The translations under genes were made by a program, and so were the position numbers. Positions 40,721 through 49,455 of a stretch of 64,000 bases of DNA are shown here, piece after piece. Position 1 is the stretch's first letter. Each line of letters opens with the position of its first letter. The notes under the pieces were generated by a model. The model saw only the letters and a list, made by a program, of their open reading frames with translations, did no database searches and was not told where the DNA came from. The DNA comes from Acidimicrobiaceae bacterium (GTDB lineage Bacteria > Actinomycetota > Acidimicrobiia > Acidimicrobiales > Aldehydirespiratoraceae): the NCBI GenBank assembly GCA_028820455.1, contig JAPPJC010000081.1:14807-78806 (forward strand). The letters are read 5' to 3'.

Positions 40721-42199
40721 TTACGGTTCCACGTCTTGTTTGTCTTCATCATGGGCATGTTCGTCGGGATGTGAATACTCGTCGTCTTCATCGTGCGCGT
40801 ATTCTTCATATTCCGTCTCCCCAACTTGTTGTTCCTCGGAGGTTATACCGATGTAGTTACCTACTTCATCAAAAGCATGATCCCCGAAGTGTTCTTGGTA
40901 TTCGGCAGCTACCACACCACCTTCGGCTGCTTGTTTGATGGAAAGACTGATGCGTCGTCTTTTCTGATCTAAGTCGACAATTTTCAGCCATAGTTCTTCG
41001 CCTGGTGTTACGACCTGCTCGGGAAGATCAATGTGATGGGCGGCCATCTCTGAAATATGTACCAAGCCTTCTATACCATCACCTACTTGAACGAATGATC
41101 CAAACGGAACCAGTTTTGTCACCCGTCCATAAACAAGCTCGCCTACTTTATGTGTAGAAGCAAATTCTTCCCAAGGATCCTTTTGAGTGGCTTTCAGGGA
41201 TAGGCTGATTCTTTCTCTGTCACGGTCGATTTCCAATACTTGTACTTTGATTTTATCTCCAGGTGAAATCAGTGTATTAGGATGGTCAACATGCTTCCAG
41301 GATAGTTCAGACACATGTATCAAGCCGTCCATACCCCCCAGATCTACAAAAGCTCCAAAATGAACCACCGAAGACACTACGCCGTCACGAATTTCACCTG
41401 GTTGTAAGTTATTCAAGAAAGTTTCACGTTGCTCGCTTTGCTCTTCTTCCAGCCAAGCTCGACGGCTGAGAACTACGTTGTTACGGTTTTTGTCGAGCTC
41501 TATTATTTTGGCCTGAATCTCGTTTCCTATGTAAGGCTGCAATTCACGTACTCTGCGTTGCTCTATCAAGGATGCGGGCATAAAACCGCGCAAGCCGATA
41601 TCAACAATCAGTCCACCTTTGACTACCTCGATTACCTGACCTTTGACGGGCGTGTTGTCTTGATACAGCTTCTTGACATTACCCCAGGCGCGCTCATATT
41701 GGGCACGTTTTTTAGAAAGAATGAGTCGTCCTTCTTTGTCTTCACGGGTAATGACAAGTGCCTCGATTTCTTCACCTAATGACACTGCGTCGACAGGCGC
41801 AAGTTCCTGGCGTATGCTCAATTCTCGGGCAGGTATGACCCCTTCAGACTTGTAGCCGATATCGAGTAGCACTTCCTCTCGGTCAATCCTAACAACTGTC
41901 CCCTTTACTATCTGCCCGTCGGTGACAACCATCATGGTAGATGCATATGCTTCTTCCAGGGTCATATCTTCGAGATCATAGTCAACGATCTTACGGGGGG
42001 TATACGAGCTGTCCTCGCTTATAGTCTTCCAGTTGGAAGTGTCGATACTGGAAGTGTCGCTTACTTCTAGATTTTCTGGATCTGAAGGATTGCTCTGGTT
42101 TTCGGTGAGTAATTCTTTAGCGTCGGCAGTGTCGGACTGCGTTGCTTTATAAAGAATTTCTTCGTTTTCGGTTGTGTGTTCTAAGATGGTATCGGTCAC
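40721..42199 (-). CDS. rpsA: 30S ribosomal protein S1
   Basis: 492 aa with four S1 (OB-fold) repeats (GxV..v...GafVdlG pattern). The C-terminal tail is acidic and His-rich. Confidence 0.95.
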   Translation of the reverse strand: MTDTILEHTTENEEILYKATQSDTADAKELLTENQSNPSDPENLEVSDTSSIDTSNWKTISEDSSYTPRKIVDYDLEDMTLEEAYASTMMVVTDGQIVKGTVVRIDREEVLLDIGYKSEGVIPARELSIRQELAPVDAVSLGEEIEALVITREDKEGRLILSKKRAQYERAWGNVKKLYQDNTPVKGQVIEVVKGGLIVDIGLRGFMPASLIEQRRVRELQPYIGNEIQAKIIELDKNRNNVVLSRRAWLEEEQSEQRETFLNNLQPGEIRDGVVSSVVHFGAFVDLGGMDGLIHVSELSWKHVDHPNTLISPGDKIKVQVLEIDRDRERISLSLKATQKDPWEEFASTHKVGELVYGRVTKLVPFGSFVQVGDGIEGLVHISEMAAHHIDLPEQVVTPGEELWLKIVDLDQKRRRISLSIKQAAEGGVVAAEYQEHFGDHAFDEVGNYIGITSEEQQVGETEYEEYAHDEDDEYSHPDEHAHDEDKQDVEP

Positions 42200-42443
42200 T
42201 TGCTTTTCTCTTGTTGTTTAGGTGGGGATTGTATGCTATCTTGTGACAGCAGTTGTGTTAGGTATAACAGACTGACAGAACTTACGGAAATAGTTGGTAA
42301 AGTTTGCAGCTACTAATCCATGTGTAGCCTATTGTAAGCAGAAACTTTCGAATATAAACAGAACATGCTGAAATCTCCTATACAAGAGGTTGACGTAAAT
42401 TGCTCAGCACTACACTGCTAGTTCGTATCGTCGATAATGTTCT

Positions 42444-45311
42444 CTACTTTTCATTTGTGCTTGCGATTTTTACTTCTGTCTTGGAGTCGGCCCAAGTGCG
42501 TACTGCTTTCAGATGCACGTCCAGATGTACATCCAGCTTGTAAAAGTCAGGCATCGCACTAACACCACGCATCACGCTGGAAACCAGCTTTGAAACCTCT
42601 TCCACTTCGTGGATGGGGGTTTCCAGAATGATCTCGTCGTGAACTTGCAAAACGATGCGCGATTTGAAGTTTTTCGTCTCTAAAGAGTCGTCTAAACGGA
42701 TTAATGCCATTTTGAAAATGTCAGCTGCTAGGCCTTGTACACAGGTACTTATAGCTTGACGTTCTCCTGCTTGACGGCGACGCCGATTAGGACTTCGCAG
42801 TTCAGGTATCTGCCTACGTCTGCCGAATAATGTTTTGGTGTAGCCACGTTCTCGGGCTTCTTCTATTGTTCGGTCTATGTATGCTCGCACACCAGGAAAT
42901 GTTGAGAAATAGGTTTCAAGAATTTTAGCGGCTTCACTGGTATGCAAGTTGAGACGTGTCCCTAGACCGTGAGCTTCCATTCCATAGATCAAACCGTAAG
43001 ACACCATTTTTGCAGTTGCACGTTTTTGAAGGTCTACTTCCTCGGGAGTTATATCAAATAACCATGCTGCAGTTGTGGTGTGGACGTCTTCTTCGGATTC
43101 GAAGGCTGCTATCAGCCTCTCATCTTGCGATAGGTGGGCTATGCAACGCAATTCTATTTGATCATAATCTGCTACTATCAGCAGAGAGTCTTCAGGTGCT
43201 GTGAAAGCGGCACGGAATTCCCGGCCTCTTGCAGTTCGAACAGGAATGTTGTGCAGGTTCGGATCGTCGGAGCTAAGACGTCCGGTGCGAGCCACTGTCT
43301 GGTTGAACTTAGCATGAATACGTCCATTCCCGCCGATTTTTTTAAGCAGACCTTCACCATAGGTTGAGCGTAGTTTTTCAGCTTCACGATACTTCAATAT
43401 GTAGTCGACGATTTTGTGGCTACTTCTGAGTTTTTCTAAAGTTTGAGCGTCAGTTGACAATCCCCCTGTTTTCGTTCGTCGCTTGGTAGGGGGGGTGAGC
43501 CCTAGGTCTTCAAAGAGCAACTTACTCAGCTGTTTCGGGGAGTTAACGTTTATTTTATATTCAGCTGTCGACAGTATTTTTTCACGTAATTCTTCTGCTT
43601 CGATAGTCAATTTGCCACGGATGCGTTGCAGTGCTTGCTCGTCTACTTTGATGCCTATATGTTCCATGCGTGCCAACACACGCATTAATGGCATTTCAAA
43701 TCTGTTATAAAGGCTGTCTAGCTTTTCGGTTTCGAGTTTATCGGATAGAGCAGTTTCAAGACGATTCACTGCTAAAGCAGACCATGCAGCATCGTCTATT
43801 GCAGTGGTGACAGTAGTAGCTTCACTATTGCTGCTGAGATTGTCTAAATCAAAACTGCATTGACCTTCTGTCGGTGCAGTTGCCTCTGCGGATTTGGAGG
43901 GCAGATCGAGGTTTGCATAGCGAGGAGCTAGATCACTTAATTTGTAGCTGTATGCAGATGGGTCAAGCAAGTAGCCGGCCAGCATTGTGTCGAATGCTGA
44001 AACGCGTATGTCGATACCATGATCAAGCAAAGCACGCATCATTGCTTTAGCGTCATGCATAGCAAGAAAATGCGAGTCTTCAACTGTAGTCTTGCTGATG
44101 CTTTGGCAGCTATCGTGGTTGCCTTGAGTGCTTGTAGATGCTACCAAGTTGTTGAAGGCTTGCACGACTTTAGTGTCATATAGCAGTTCACCTGCGATGA
44201 ACTGCACCTTGTCCACGGTACTGTCCACCACTAAAGCGAGTCCGGTTGTGAGCCCGTCGGCTGACATTGCCATTGCCAAAGGTGCATTAGTCGTTGTTGC
44301 TTCTGCTTTTCGGTTTAGAAGTTCAAGCCGCAAATCGGTCAGGATTCTGACTGCTCTTTTTGCGGTGTCGACAACGCTTATTTTTGGTTTGATTGCCTTA
44401 CTACCGGTAGTCCAGTAGTCGTTCACATTGACACCAAGCACTTCAGCCAGGGGTTTTCTCAACGTCCGAAATTCTAGGTCGTCAAAAAGCTTGATTAATT
44501 TTGTTTTATCGTGGTCACTTTTCTGCAGGTCTTCGATTTTCTTGTCAAGGGGAACCTCACGAACTAGTTGCATGAGTTCAACGTTGCGTCTTACCCGCTG
44601 TTCGGCGTTGGCGAGATTTTCTCTTAATCTGGGGCTGGTGATGGTATCTAGTTCAGTGTAGATTCGGTTGAGTGTTCGTTTTTCGTTCACTAGTTTTGCG
44701 GCGGTTTTATCTCCCACACCGGGCACTCCTGGCAGGTTGTCGCTTTTATCGCCACGCAAGGCCGCATACAGTACGTAATCTGCGGGCGTAACACCTGTGC
44801 GTTGCCTTACACCAGCCTCGTCGTAAGTTATGTGATCGGCTTTTTTGCTTTTGCTGAAGCGATAGAAAACTTGGATGAAAGGATCTTCCACAAGCTGAAA
44901 AATGTCTTGATCACCGGAGTCTATAAGAACTTTAAGACCAGCATCACGGCCCTGGGTTGCCAAAGTGGCGATCAGATCGTCTGCTTCGTAGCCAGCTTTT
45001 TCCACAATAGGCAGTGCTAAAGCTTTAAGCACATCTTTAATGGTGCTCATCTGCTTGATGAGGCTGTCGGGTGTGGTTTGTCGAGTAGCCTTGTAGTCAG
45101 GAGTGATTTTGTGACGAAATGTCGGCTTAGGGAGGTCAAAAGTTATGACAATTTGTTTCGGCTTGCATTCACGCCACTGGTCGAGAAGTATTTTCACAAA
45201 ACCATAAACAGCGTTGGTAGCTTGCCCAGAGGTTGTATACATGTGCCCTTGTAAGGCGTAGAAAGCTCTATAAGCAAGCGAATTGCCATCTATTAGCAAA
45301 AGATCAGCCAT
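42444..45311 (-). CDS. polA: DNA polymerase I
   Basis: 955 aa. The N-terminal 5' nuclease begins LLIDGNSLAYRAFYA. The polymerase motifs are DYDQIELR (motif A), the RRQAKxxNFG-like RATAKMVSYGLIYG, and QVHDEI (motif C). Confidence 0.97.
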   Translation of the reverse strand: MADLLLIDGNSLAYRAFYALQGHMYTTSGQATNAVYGFVKILLDQWRECKPKQIVITFDLPKPTFRHKITPDYKATRQTTPDSLIKQMSTIKDVLKALALPIVEKAGYEADDLIATLATQGRDAGLKVLIDSGDQDIFQLVEDPFIQVFYRFSKSKKADHITYDEAGVRQRTGVTPADYVLYAALRGDKSDNLPGVPGVGDKTAAKLVNEKRTLNRIYTELDTITSPRLRENLANAEQRVRRNVELMQLVREVPLDKKIEDLQKSDHDKTKLIKLFDDLEFRTLRKPLAEVLGVNVNDYWTTGSKAIKPKISVVDTAKRAVRILTDLRLELLNRKAEATTTNAPLAMAMSADGLTTGLALVVDSTVDKVQFIAGELLYDTKVVQAFNNLVASTSTQGNHDSCQSISKTTVEDSHFLAMHDAKAMMRALLDHGIDIRVSAFDTMLAGYLLDPSAYSYKLSDLAPRYANLDLPSKSAEATAPTEGQCSFDLDNLSSNSEATTVTTAIDDAAWSALAVNRLETALSDKLETEKLDSLYNRFEMPLMRVLARMEHIGIKVDEQALQRIRGKLTIEAEELREKILSTAEYKINVNSPKQLSKLLFEDLGLTPPTKRRTKTGGLSTDAQTLEKLRSSHKIVDYILKYREAEKLRSTYGEGLLKKIGGNGRIHAKFNQTVARTGRLSSDDPNLHNIPVRTARGREFRAAFTAPEDSLLIVADYDQIELRCIAHLSQDERLIAAFESEEDVHTTTAAWLFDITPEEVDLQKRATAKMVSYGLIYGMEAHGLGTRLNLHTSEAAKILETYFSTFPGVRAYIDRTIEEARERGYTKTLFGRRRQIPELRSPNRRRRQAGERQAISTCVQGLAADIFKMALIRLDDSLETKNFKSRIVLQVHDEIILETPIHEVEEVSKLVSSVMRGVSAMPDFYKLDVHLDVHLKAVRTWADSKTEVKIASTNEK

Positions 45312-45801
45312 AACGTAAATCTACTTTCAGAGAGACCAAATTAATGCATGCTACGGCAGTGTGTTCATAATGTGGTGCTGCTGGTTGTACTTGGAAGCCG
45401 GATGGCAACACCCACCCGGCCACCCAGTGTAGCAGTGGACTGAAGCCATACCTGCCGCGGCGAGCATTCAGACTCTCATACTAACCGATAACCAGCCTAA
45501 CTGATAACCAACTGATATCAGAATACACTGACAAGGTAAAGAAGGGTTGGGATTGGTGTGTGTTTCGGAGCGTGCTGGGGTGTGTGAGAGGAACCGTCTC
45601 AGAGTAGGAACCCGTAGTCCTTTCAACCAGCGGCCGCTCTCTGCTTGTTCTTGAGAACGAACCACATGTCGCTGCACGTCTCACCCTCACCAGCGGCGGC
45701 CAGCATCATCAGCTTCAACACTGCACCCCGATCGAACACCGGCACACCGGCACCCCAAAACCCCCACAGACACCCAACTACGTGAAACATCAAGGATAAA
45801 G

Positions 45802-45885
45802 TACCCGGAGAGGGATTCGAACCCTCACGCCCTCACGGGCGGCGGATTTTGAGTCCGCTGCGTCTTCCAGTTCCGCCATCCGGGC
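45802..45885 (-). tRNA. tRNA-Leu (anticodon CAA), long variable arm, CCA not encoded
   Basis: The reverse complement folds as GCCCGGA-TG-GCGG..., anticodon stem GCGGA/TCCGC with loop CTCAAAA, variable arm CGCCC-GTGA-GGGCG, T arm GAGGG-TTCGAAT-CCCTC, and acceptor TCCGGGT (G1-U72). Confidence 0.88.
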
Positions 45886-45973
45886 GGGTCAAGCTACGAT
45901 GGCACATTCTAAGGATAATGTCTTTGTTGGCCTTGTCAGCAGTTTATTGTTAAGACAGTGTTGCTAGGACACC

Positions 45974-46073
45974 TTTCAGCACTTTGTGATCTTTTGACAT
46001 TCTTTGGGAACCGTGTGCGCAGGTTCGACTCCTGCCGGTTTCAGCACTTTGTGATCTTTTGACATTCTTTGGG
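45974..46073 (+). repeat. X-Y-X module: perfect 35-bp direct repeat flanking a 30-bp core that is an exact copy of part of tRNA-Arg(CCT)
   Basis: TTTCAGCACTTTGTGATCTTTTGACATTCTTTGGG occurs at 45974-46008 and at 46039-46073. The core at 46009-46038 is identical to 7681-7710. Confidence 0.95.
46009..46038 (+). other. tRNA-Arg(CCT) gene fragment (last anticodon-loop base, variable loop, T arm, first 3 nt of 3' acceptor strand)
   Basis: AACCGTGTGCGCAGGTTCGACTCCTGCCGG matches the intact gene 30/30 in the same orientation. It has no 5' half and no acceptor end, so it is not a functional tRNA. Confidence 0.9.
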
Positions 46074-46316
46074 TTGATGTTAGGGGTTGATATGAGTCAT
46101 TCTTTAGAGTGTTCTAAGTGTTAATTGAAATAATATTGAAGCAGGAGATTTTATCTATTCGCTCAAGACTAGTGTTACTTGCCTAAACAGCGATTTGCAT
46201 GTTGTGTGTCCTGTTATTCCGTTTTTTTGTTAGTTTTTGTTCTAAAGATGCTTTTGCACATCCAGTGCTGTTGGTTGGATGTTGTTTTGCAGCATCATAA
46301 ATGAGGTATTAGCCTG

Positions 46317-47540
46317 ATGATAGTATTCATGTATCCGGGTCAAGGATCACAGAAATCCGGGATGGGAAAACTTTGGGTCGACCATCCTTCATGGGAGTTG
46401 GTGGAAGAGGCATCAGAAGCCGCTGACAAGGATGTAGCTGAACTATTGCTAGATGCCGACGACGATGAGCTCGCTAAAACTTACAACAGTCAACTTGCTA
46501 CTTTCGTACTGTCCATGGTGATTTTAGATGCAGTGACACGCCTAGGGATCGAAGCAGCAGGCCACGTTGGCCATAGCTTGGGCGAGTATTCTGCACTTAC
46601 TTCAGCAGGTGTGCTTAACTTCAGTGATGCTGTAGCACTAGTGTCGGAAAGAGGCAATGCTATGCAGGCAGCGGCTGAAGAACGCGAGGGAACGATGGCT
46701 GCTGTTCTTGGTTTGGATGATGATGCTGTGTTGATCGCTTGTAATCGCACAGCTGCTGATGTATGGGTTGCAAACCACAATTGCGCAGGTCAAGTTGTTA
46801 TCGCTGGGGCCCCTGAAGCTATCAACACCGCCATTTCCATAGCAAAAGAATTAGGTGCCAAAAGATCGGTCGTTCTAACGGTAGGCGGTGCTTTTCATAC
46901 ACCTTACATGGCATCAGCTCGAGAACGTTTGTCGAAAGCACTTGCGTGTGCGGAGTTTCGTGACCCGATTGGTGTGGTTGTCGCCAATGTTGATTCTATG
47001 AGACATGAGCGGGGTGTGGACTGGCCTGATCTACTGTTGGCTCAATTGACGAGTCCAGTACGGTGGCGGCAAACGCTTAGCACTCTTGAATCGGTTGGTT
47101 TCACCACTTATGTTGAAATAGGTCCTGGTAAAGTGCTGAGTGGTATGGTAAAACGTGAACTACCTCAACGGCAGAAGTTGGCGATTTCTACGCCGGAAGA
47201 CTTAGACGGATTGTTGGATATTCTGGTGCCACTGTCGGTTCCGGTGCCGCAATCTGAAATCGCACAGCCACAATCACAAGTAGAGGTTTCTGACTTCCCC
47301 ACTTGCGAAGGAGAACATTTTTTTGCTGTTGAACGACTAGTTGTGAGCCCGGCTTCTGGTATTTTCAACATGGGAACTAGTGTGAAACCAGGCACAAATG
47401 TAAGTGTAGGAGATTTAATCGGTAGTGTTGGTGATGTTGAAGTGCGTAGTGCTTTCTCGGGTGAGTTGGTGGGCGTTTTGGCTTTGGACGGTGAGCGGGT
47501 TACGGACTGCCAGCCAATTGCTTGGCTCCGACTGCACTGA
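46317..47540 (+). CDS. fabD: Malonyl-CoA:ACP transacylase fused to a C-terminal biotinyl/lipoyl-like (hybrid-motif) domain lacking the modifiable lysine
   Basis: Residues 1-~290 carry FMYPGQGSQ, GHSLGEYSAL and GAFHTPYM, the FabD signature. Residues ~330-407 read VVSPASGIF...VSVGDLIGSVGDVEVRSAFSGELVGVLALDGERVTDCQPIAWL, which is BCCP/lipoyl-fold-like but without an (A/E)MK motif. Confidence 0.9.
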   Translation: MIVFMYPGQGSQKSGMGKLWVDHPSWELVEEASEAADKDVAELLLDADDDELAKTYNSQLATFVLSMVILDAVTRLGIEAAGHVGHSLGEYSALTSAGVLNFSDAVALVSERGNAMQAAAEEREGTMAAVLGLDDDAVLIACNRTAADVWVANHNCAGQVVIAGAPEAINTAISIAKELGAKRSVVLTVGGAFHTPYMASARERLSKALACAEFRDPIGVVVANVDSMRHERGVDWPDLLLAQLTSPVRWRQTLSTLESVGFTTYVEIGPGKVLSGMVKRELPQRQKLAISTPEDLDGLLDILVPLSVPVPQSEIAQPQSQVEVSDFPTCEGEHFFAVERLVVSPASGIFNMGTSVKPGTNVSVGDLIGSVGDVEVRSAFSGELVGVLALDGERVTDCQPIAWLRLH

Positions 47541-47609
47541 TTAGGCCATCTTGTAGAAAACATCAGTGACTGGACATTAACAGGCGTATCTAAGGCAGAC
47601 GGTACTTAC

Positions 47610-48530
47610 ATGGGAGCACGGGTTATCGGTATTGGCGCAGCCTTGCCTGAGAGAGTAGTCACCAATGACGATCTTGCAGCTACTATGGATACCAGCGATT
47701 CTTGGATCAGAGAGCGTACGGGTATACATGAACGTCGTATCGGCTCATCTACCTCTGTTCTAGCTATCGAATCCGCTCGTGCGGCAATGGAAATGGCGGG
47801 AGTTCATTCTGAAGACATAGGGCTGTTGATCTTGTCTACTTCTACCCCTGATAAATGCATGCCGGCAACAGCAAGTGAAGTAAGTGCCGAGTTGAATTTG
47901 ACATGCGGGGGGTTTGACATCAATGCAGCTTGCGCAGGCTTTGCATATGGCTTTATAGTAGCTAGTTCAATGATGAAATCACCGACGGGCCCTAAGCGAC
48001 TGCTTCTCATAGGGGCTGACTCACTTTCAAATATCATTGACTGGACAGATAGGAGTACTGCTATCTTGTTTGCAGATGGCGGAGGTGCGGTTGTGCTTGA
48101 ATACACCAACGCCGACACATTGCTTGGATGGGATTGTGCTACGGACGGCAAGTATGCTTCCATCCTTTACTGTGATCATGGCTCAACAGTGGTTATGGAA
48201 GGGCGTGAAGTCTTCAAAGTTGCTGTAAGAGCAGTGGCTGATTCGATTGCCACTACTTTGGAAAAGGCTGATATTCGGGCTTCTGATGTTGATGTACTGC
48301 TCCCCCATCAAGCCAACATTCGTATTATTGAAGCTGTTTGCAAACGTACGGGAATTGATTTTGCTAAAAGTTTTAACGTGATAGCTCATACTGGCAATAA
48401 TTCTTCAGCTACTATTCCCCTGTCGATGACTAAAGCACATGAAAGCGGAGTCTTGTTGCCTGGTTCTATTGTGGTTATGACAGGATTTGGGGCAGGAATG
48501 ACATGGGCTACTACAGTAGTGCGCTGGTAA
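47610..48530 (+). CDS. fabH: 3-oxoacyl-ACP synthase III
   Basis: 306 aa. The Cys-His-Asn triad contexts are NAACAGFAYG, PHQANIRII and GNNSSATIPL. Confidence 0.93.
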   Translation: MGARVIGIGAALPERVVTNDDLAATMDTSDSWIRERTGIHERRIGSSTSVLAIESARAAMEMAGVHSEDIGLLILSTSTPDKCMPATASEVSAELNLTCGGFDINAACAGFAYGFIVASSMMKSPTGPKRLLLIGADSLSNIIDWTDRSTAILFADGGGAVVLEYTNADTLLGWDCATDGKYASILYCDHGSTVVMEGREVFKVAVRAVADSIATTLEKADIRASDVDVLLPHQANIRIIEAVCKRTGIDFAKSFNVIAHTGNNSSATIPLSMTKAHESGVLLPGSIVVMTGFGAGMTWATTVVRW

Positions 48531-48690
48531 GTTGCTGGAAGTGGTTTATCCGAACACGGGATGTTAAGCAATCTGCTCTTGTTGGCTACTACTGCCTCTG
48601 TCCGCAATCGAGCAATGTTCAACAGTTATACGTTGTTGCTCTTATATTCTGTAGTTGTGCTTGTATTCAGAAAATAGTCAGGAGCCAAAA

Positions 48691-49425
48691 ATGAACCGTT
48701 CAGACAGCAACAATGCAAGAGTGGCACTGGTGACCGGTGGTAATCGTGGGATCGGTTTAGCTATAGCTCGAAGATTTCTACGTTCTGGTCATCGAGTTGC
48801 TGTAACCTACAGAAGCAGCCCACCTGATTTGTCTTCAGAAGAAGATTTGCTTTGTGTTTTTTGTGATGTCACAGACCCACAGTCGGTACAAAAAGCTGTT
48901 AAAGAGGTTGAAAGTCGACTGGGGTCAGTAGAAATACTAATATCCAATGCCGGCATTACTGAAGACAAGTTGGTGTTGCGAATGTCTGACGATGATTTCA
49001 CGACAGTACTTGATGCAAACCTTACCGGAGGGTTTCGTGTTGCTCAGCAGGTTGCGCGTTCGATGATGAGAAAGCGTTGGGGCAGAATTGTATTCATTTC
49101 CTCAGTGGTTGGGCTTGGCGGTCAGGTTGGACAAGCCAACTACGCAGCTTCGAAAGCCGGTTTGATTGGGCTGGCTCGTTCTCTGGCCAAAGAGTTTGCC
49201 ACGCGTAATGTAACAGTGAACGCCATAGCACCAGGCCCCATTGATACGGATATGCTGAACTCGCTCAGCCAGAATCAGGTTGACGCCATGGTGGATCGTG
49301 TGCCACTGAAAAGAGTAGGAACCCCTGAGGAGATCGCAGCGTCTGTCGATTTTTTAACGTCAGAAGATGCTGGCTATATCACTGGTGTAGTGCTACCCGT
49401 TGATGGCGGCATATCTATGGGTTGA
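48691..49425 (+). CDS. fabG: 3-oxoacyl-ACP reductase
   Basis: The ATG at 48691 is preceded by AGGAG. Motifs are VTGGNRGIGLAIA, NAG and YAASKAGLIGL. The ORF-track start at 48655 is unlikely. Confidence 0.9.
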   Translation: MNRSDSNNARVALVTGGNRGIGLAIARRFLRSGHRVAVTYRSSPPDLSSEEDLLCVFCDVTDPQSVQKAVKEVESRLGSVEILISNAGITEDKLVLRMSDDDFTTVLDANLTGGFRVAQQVARSMMRKRWGRIVFISSVVGLGGQVGQANYAASKAGLIGLARSLAKEFATRNVTVNAIAPGPIDTDMLNSLSQNQVDAMVDRVPLKRVGTPEEIAASVDFLTSEDAGYITGVVLPVDGGISMG

Positions 49426-49455
49426 ATCTTAGTTTCAACCTAGTTCAACGGTGAT

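Noticed and set aside
45468-45690. Two overlapping 69-aa minus-strand ORFs as genes
   Set aside because: They overlap each other in different frames. They are Arg/Ser/Thr-rich and of low complexity, as expected from GC-rich non-coding DNA, and they have no start context.
45312-45801. RNase P RNA, tmRNA or SRP RNA in the polA/tRNA-Leu spacer
   Set aside because: I looked on both strands for GAGGAAAGTCCGG and ACAGAA-CCGGCTTA (RNase P), a tRNA-like 3' end with GGTTCGA..CCA (tmRNA) and GGTCCGGAAGGAAGCAGCC (SRP). None is present. The nearest resemblances (GGTTGAAAGGAC, GGAAGCCGGATGG) are too weak.
45974-46073. Interpreting the 35-30-35 module, and the 35-31-35 module at 27004-27104, as bona fide CRISPR arrays
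   Set aside because: Each locus has only two repeats. The repeat sequences of the two loci are unrelated. No cas genes or leader-like AT-rich sequence were recognised in 64 kb. I keep these only as a mechanistic analogy in the findings.
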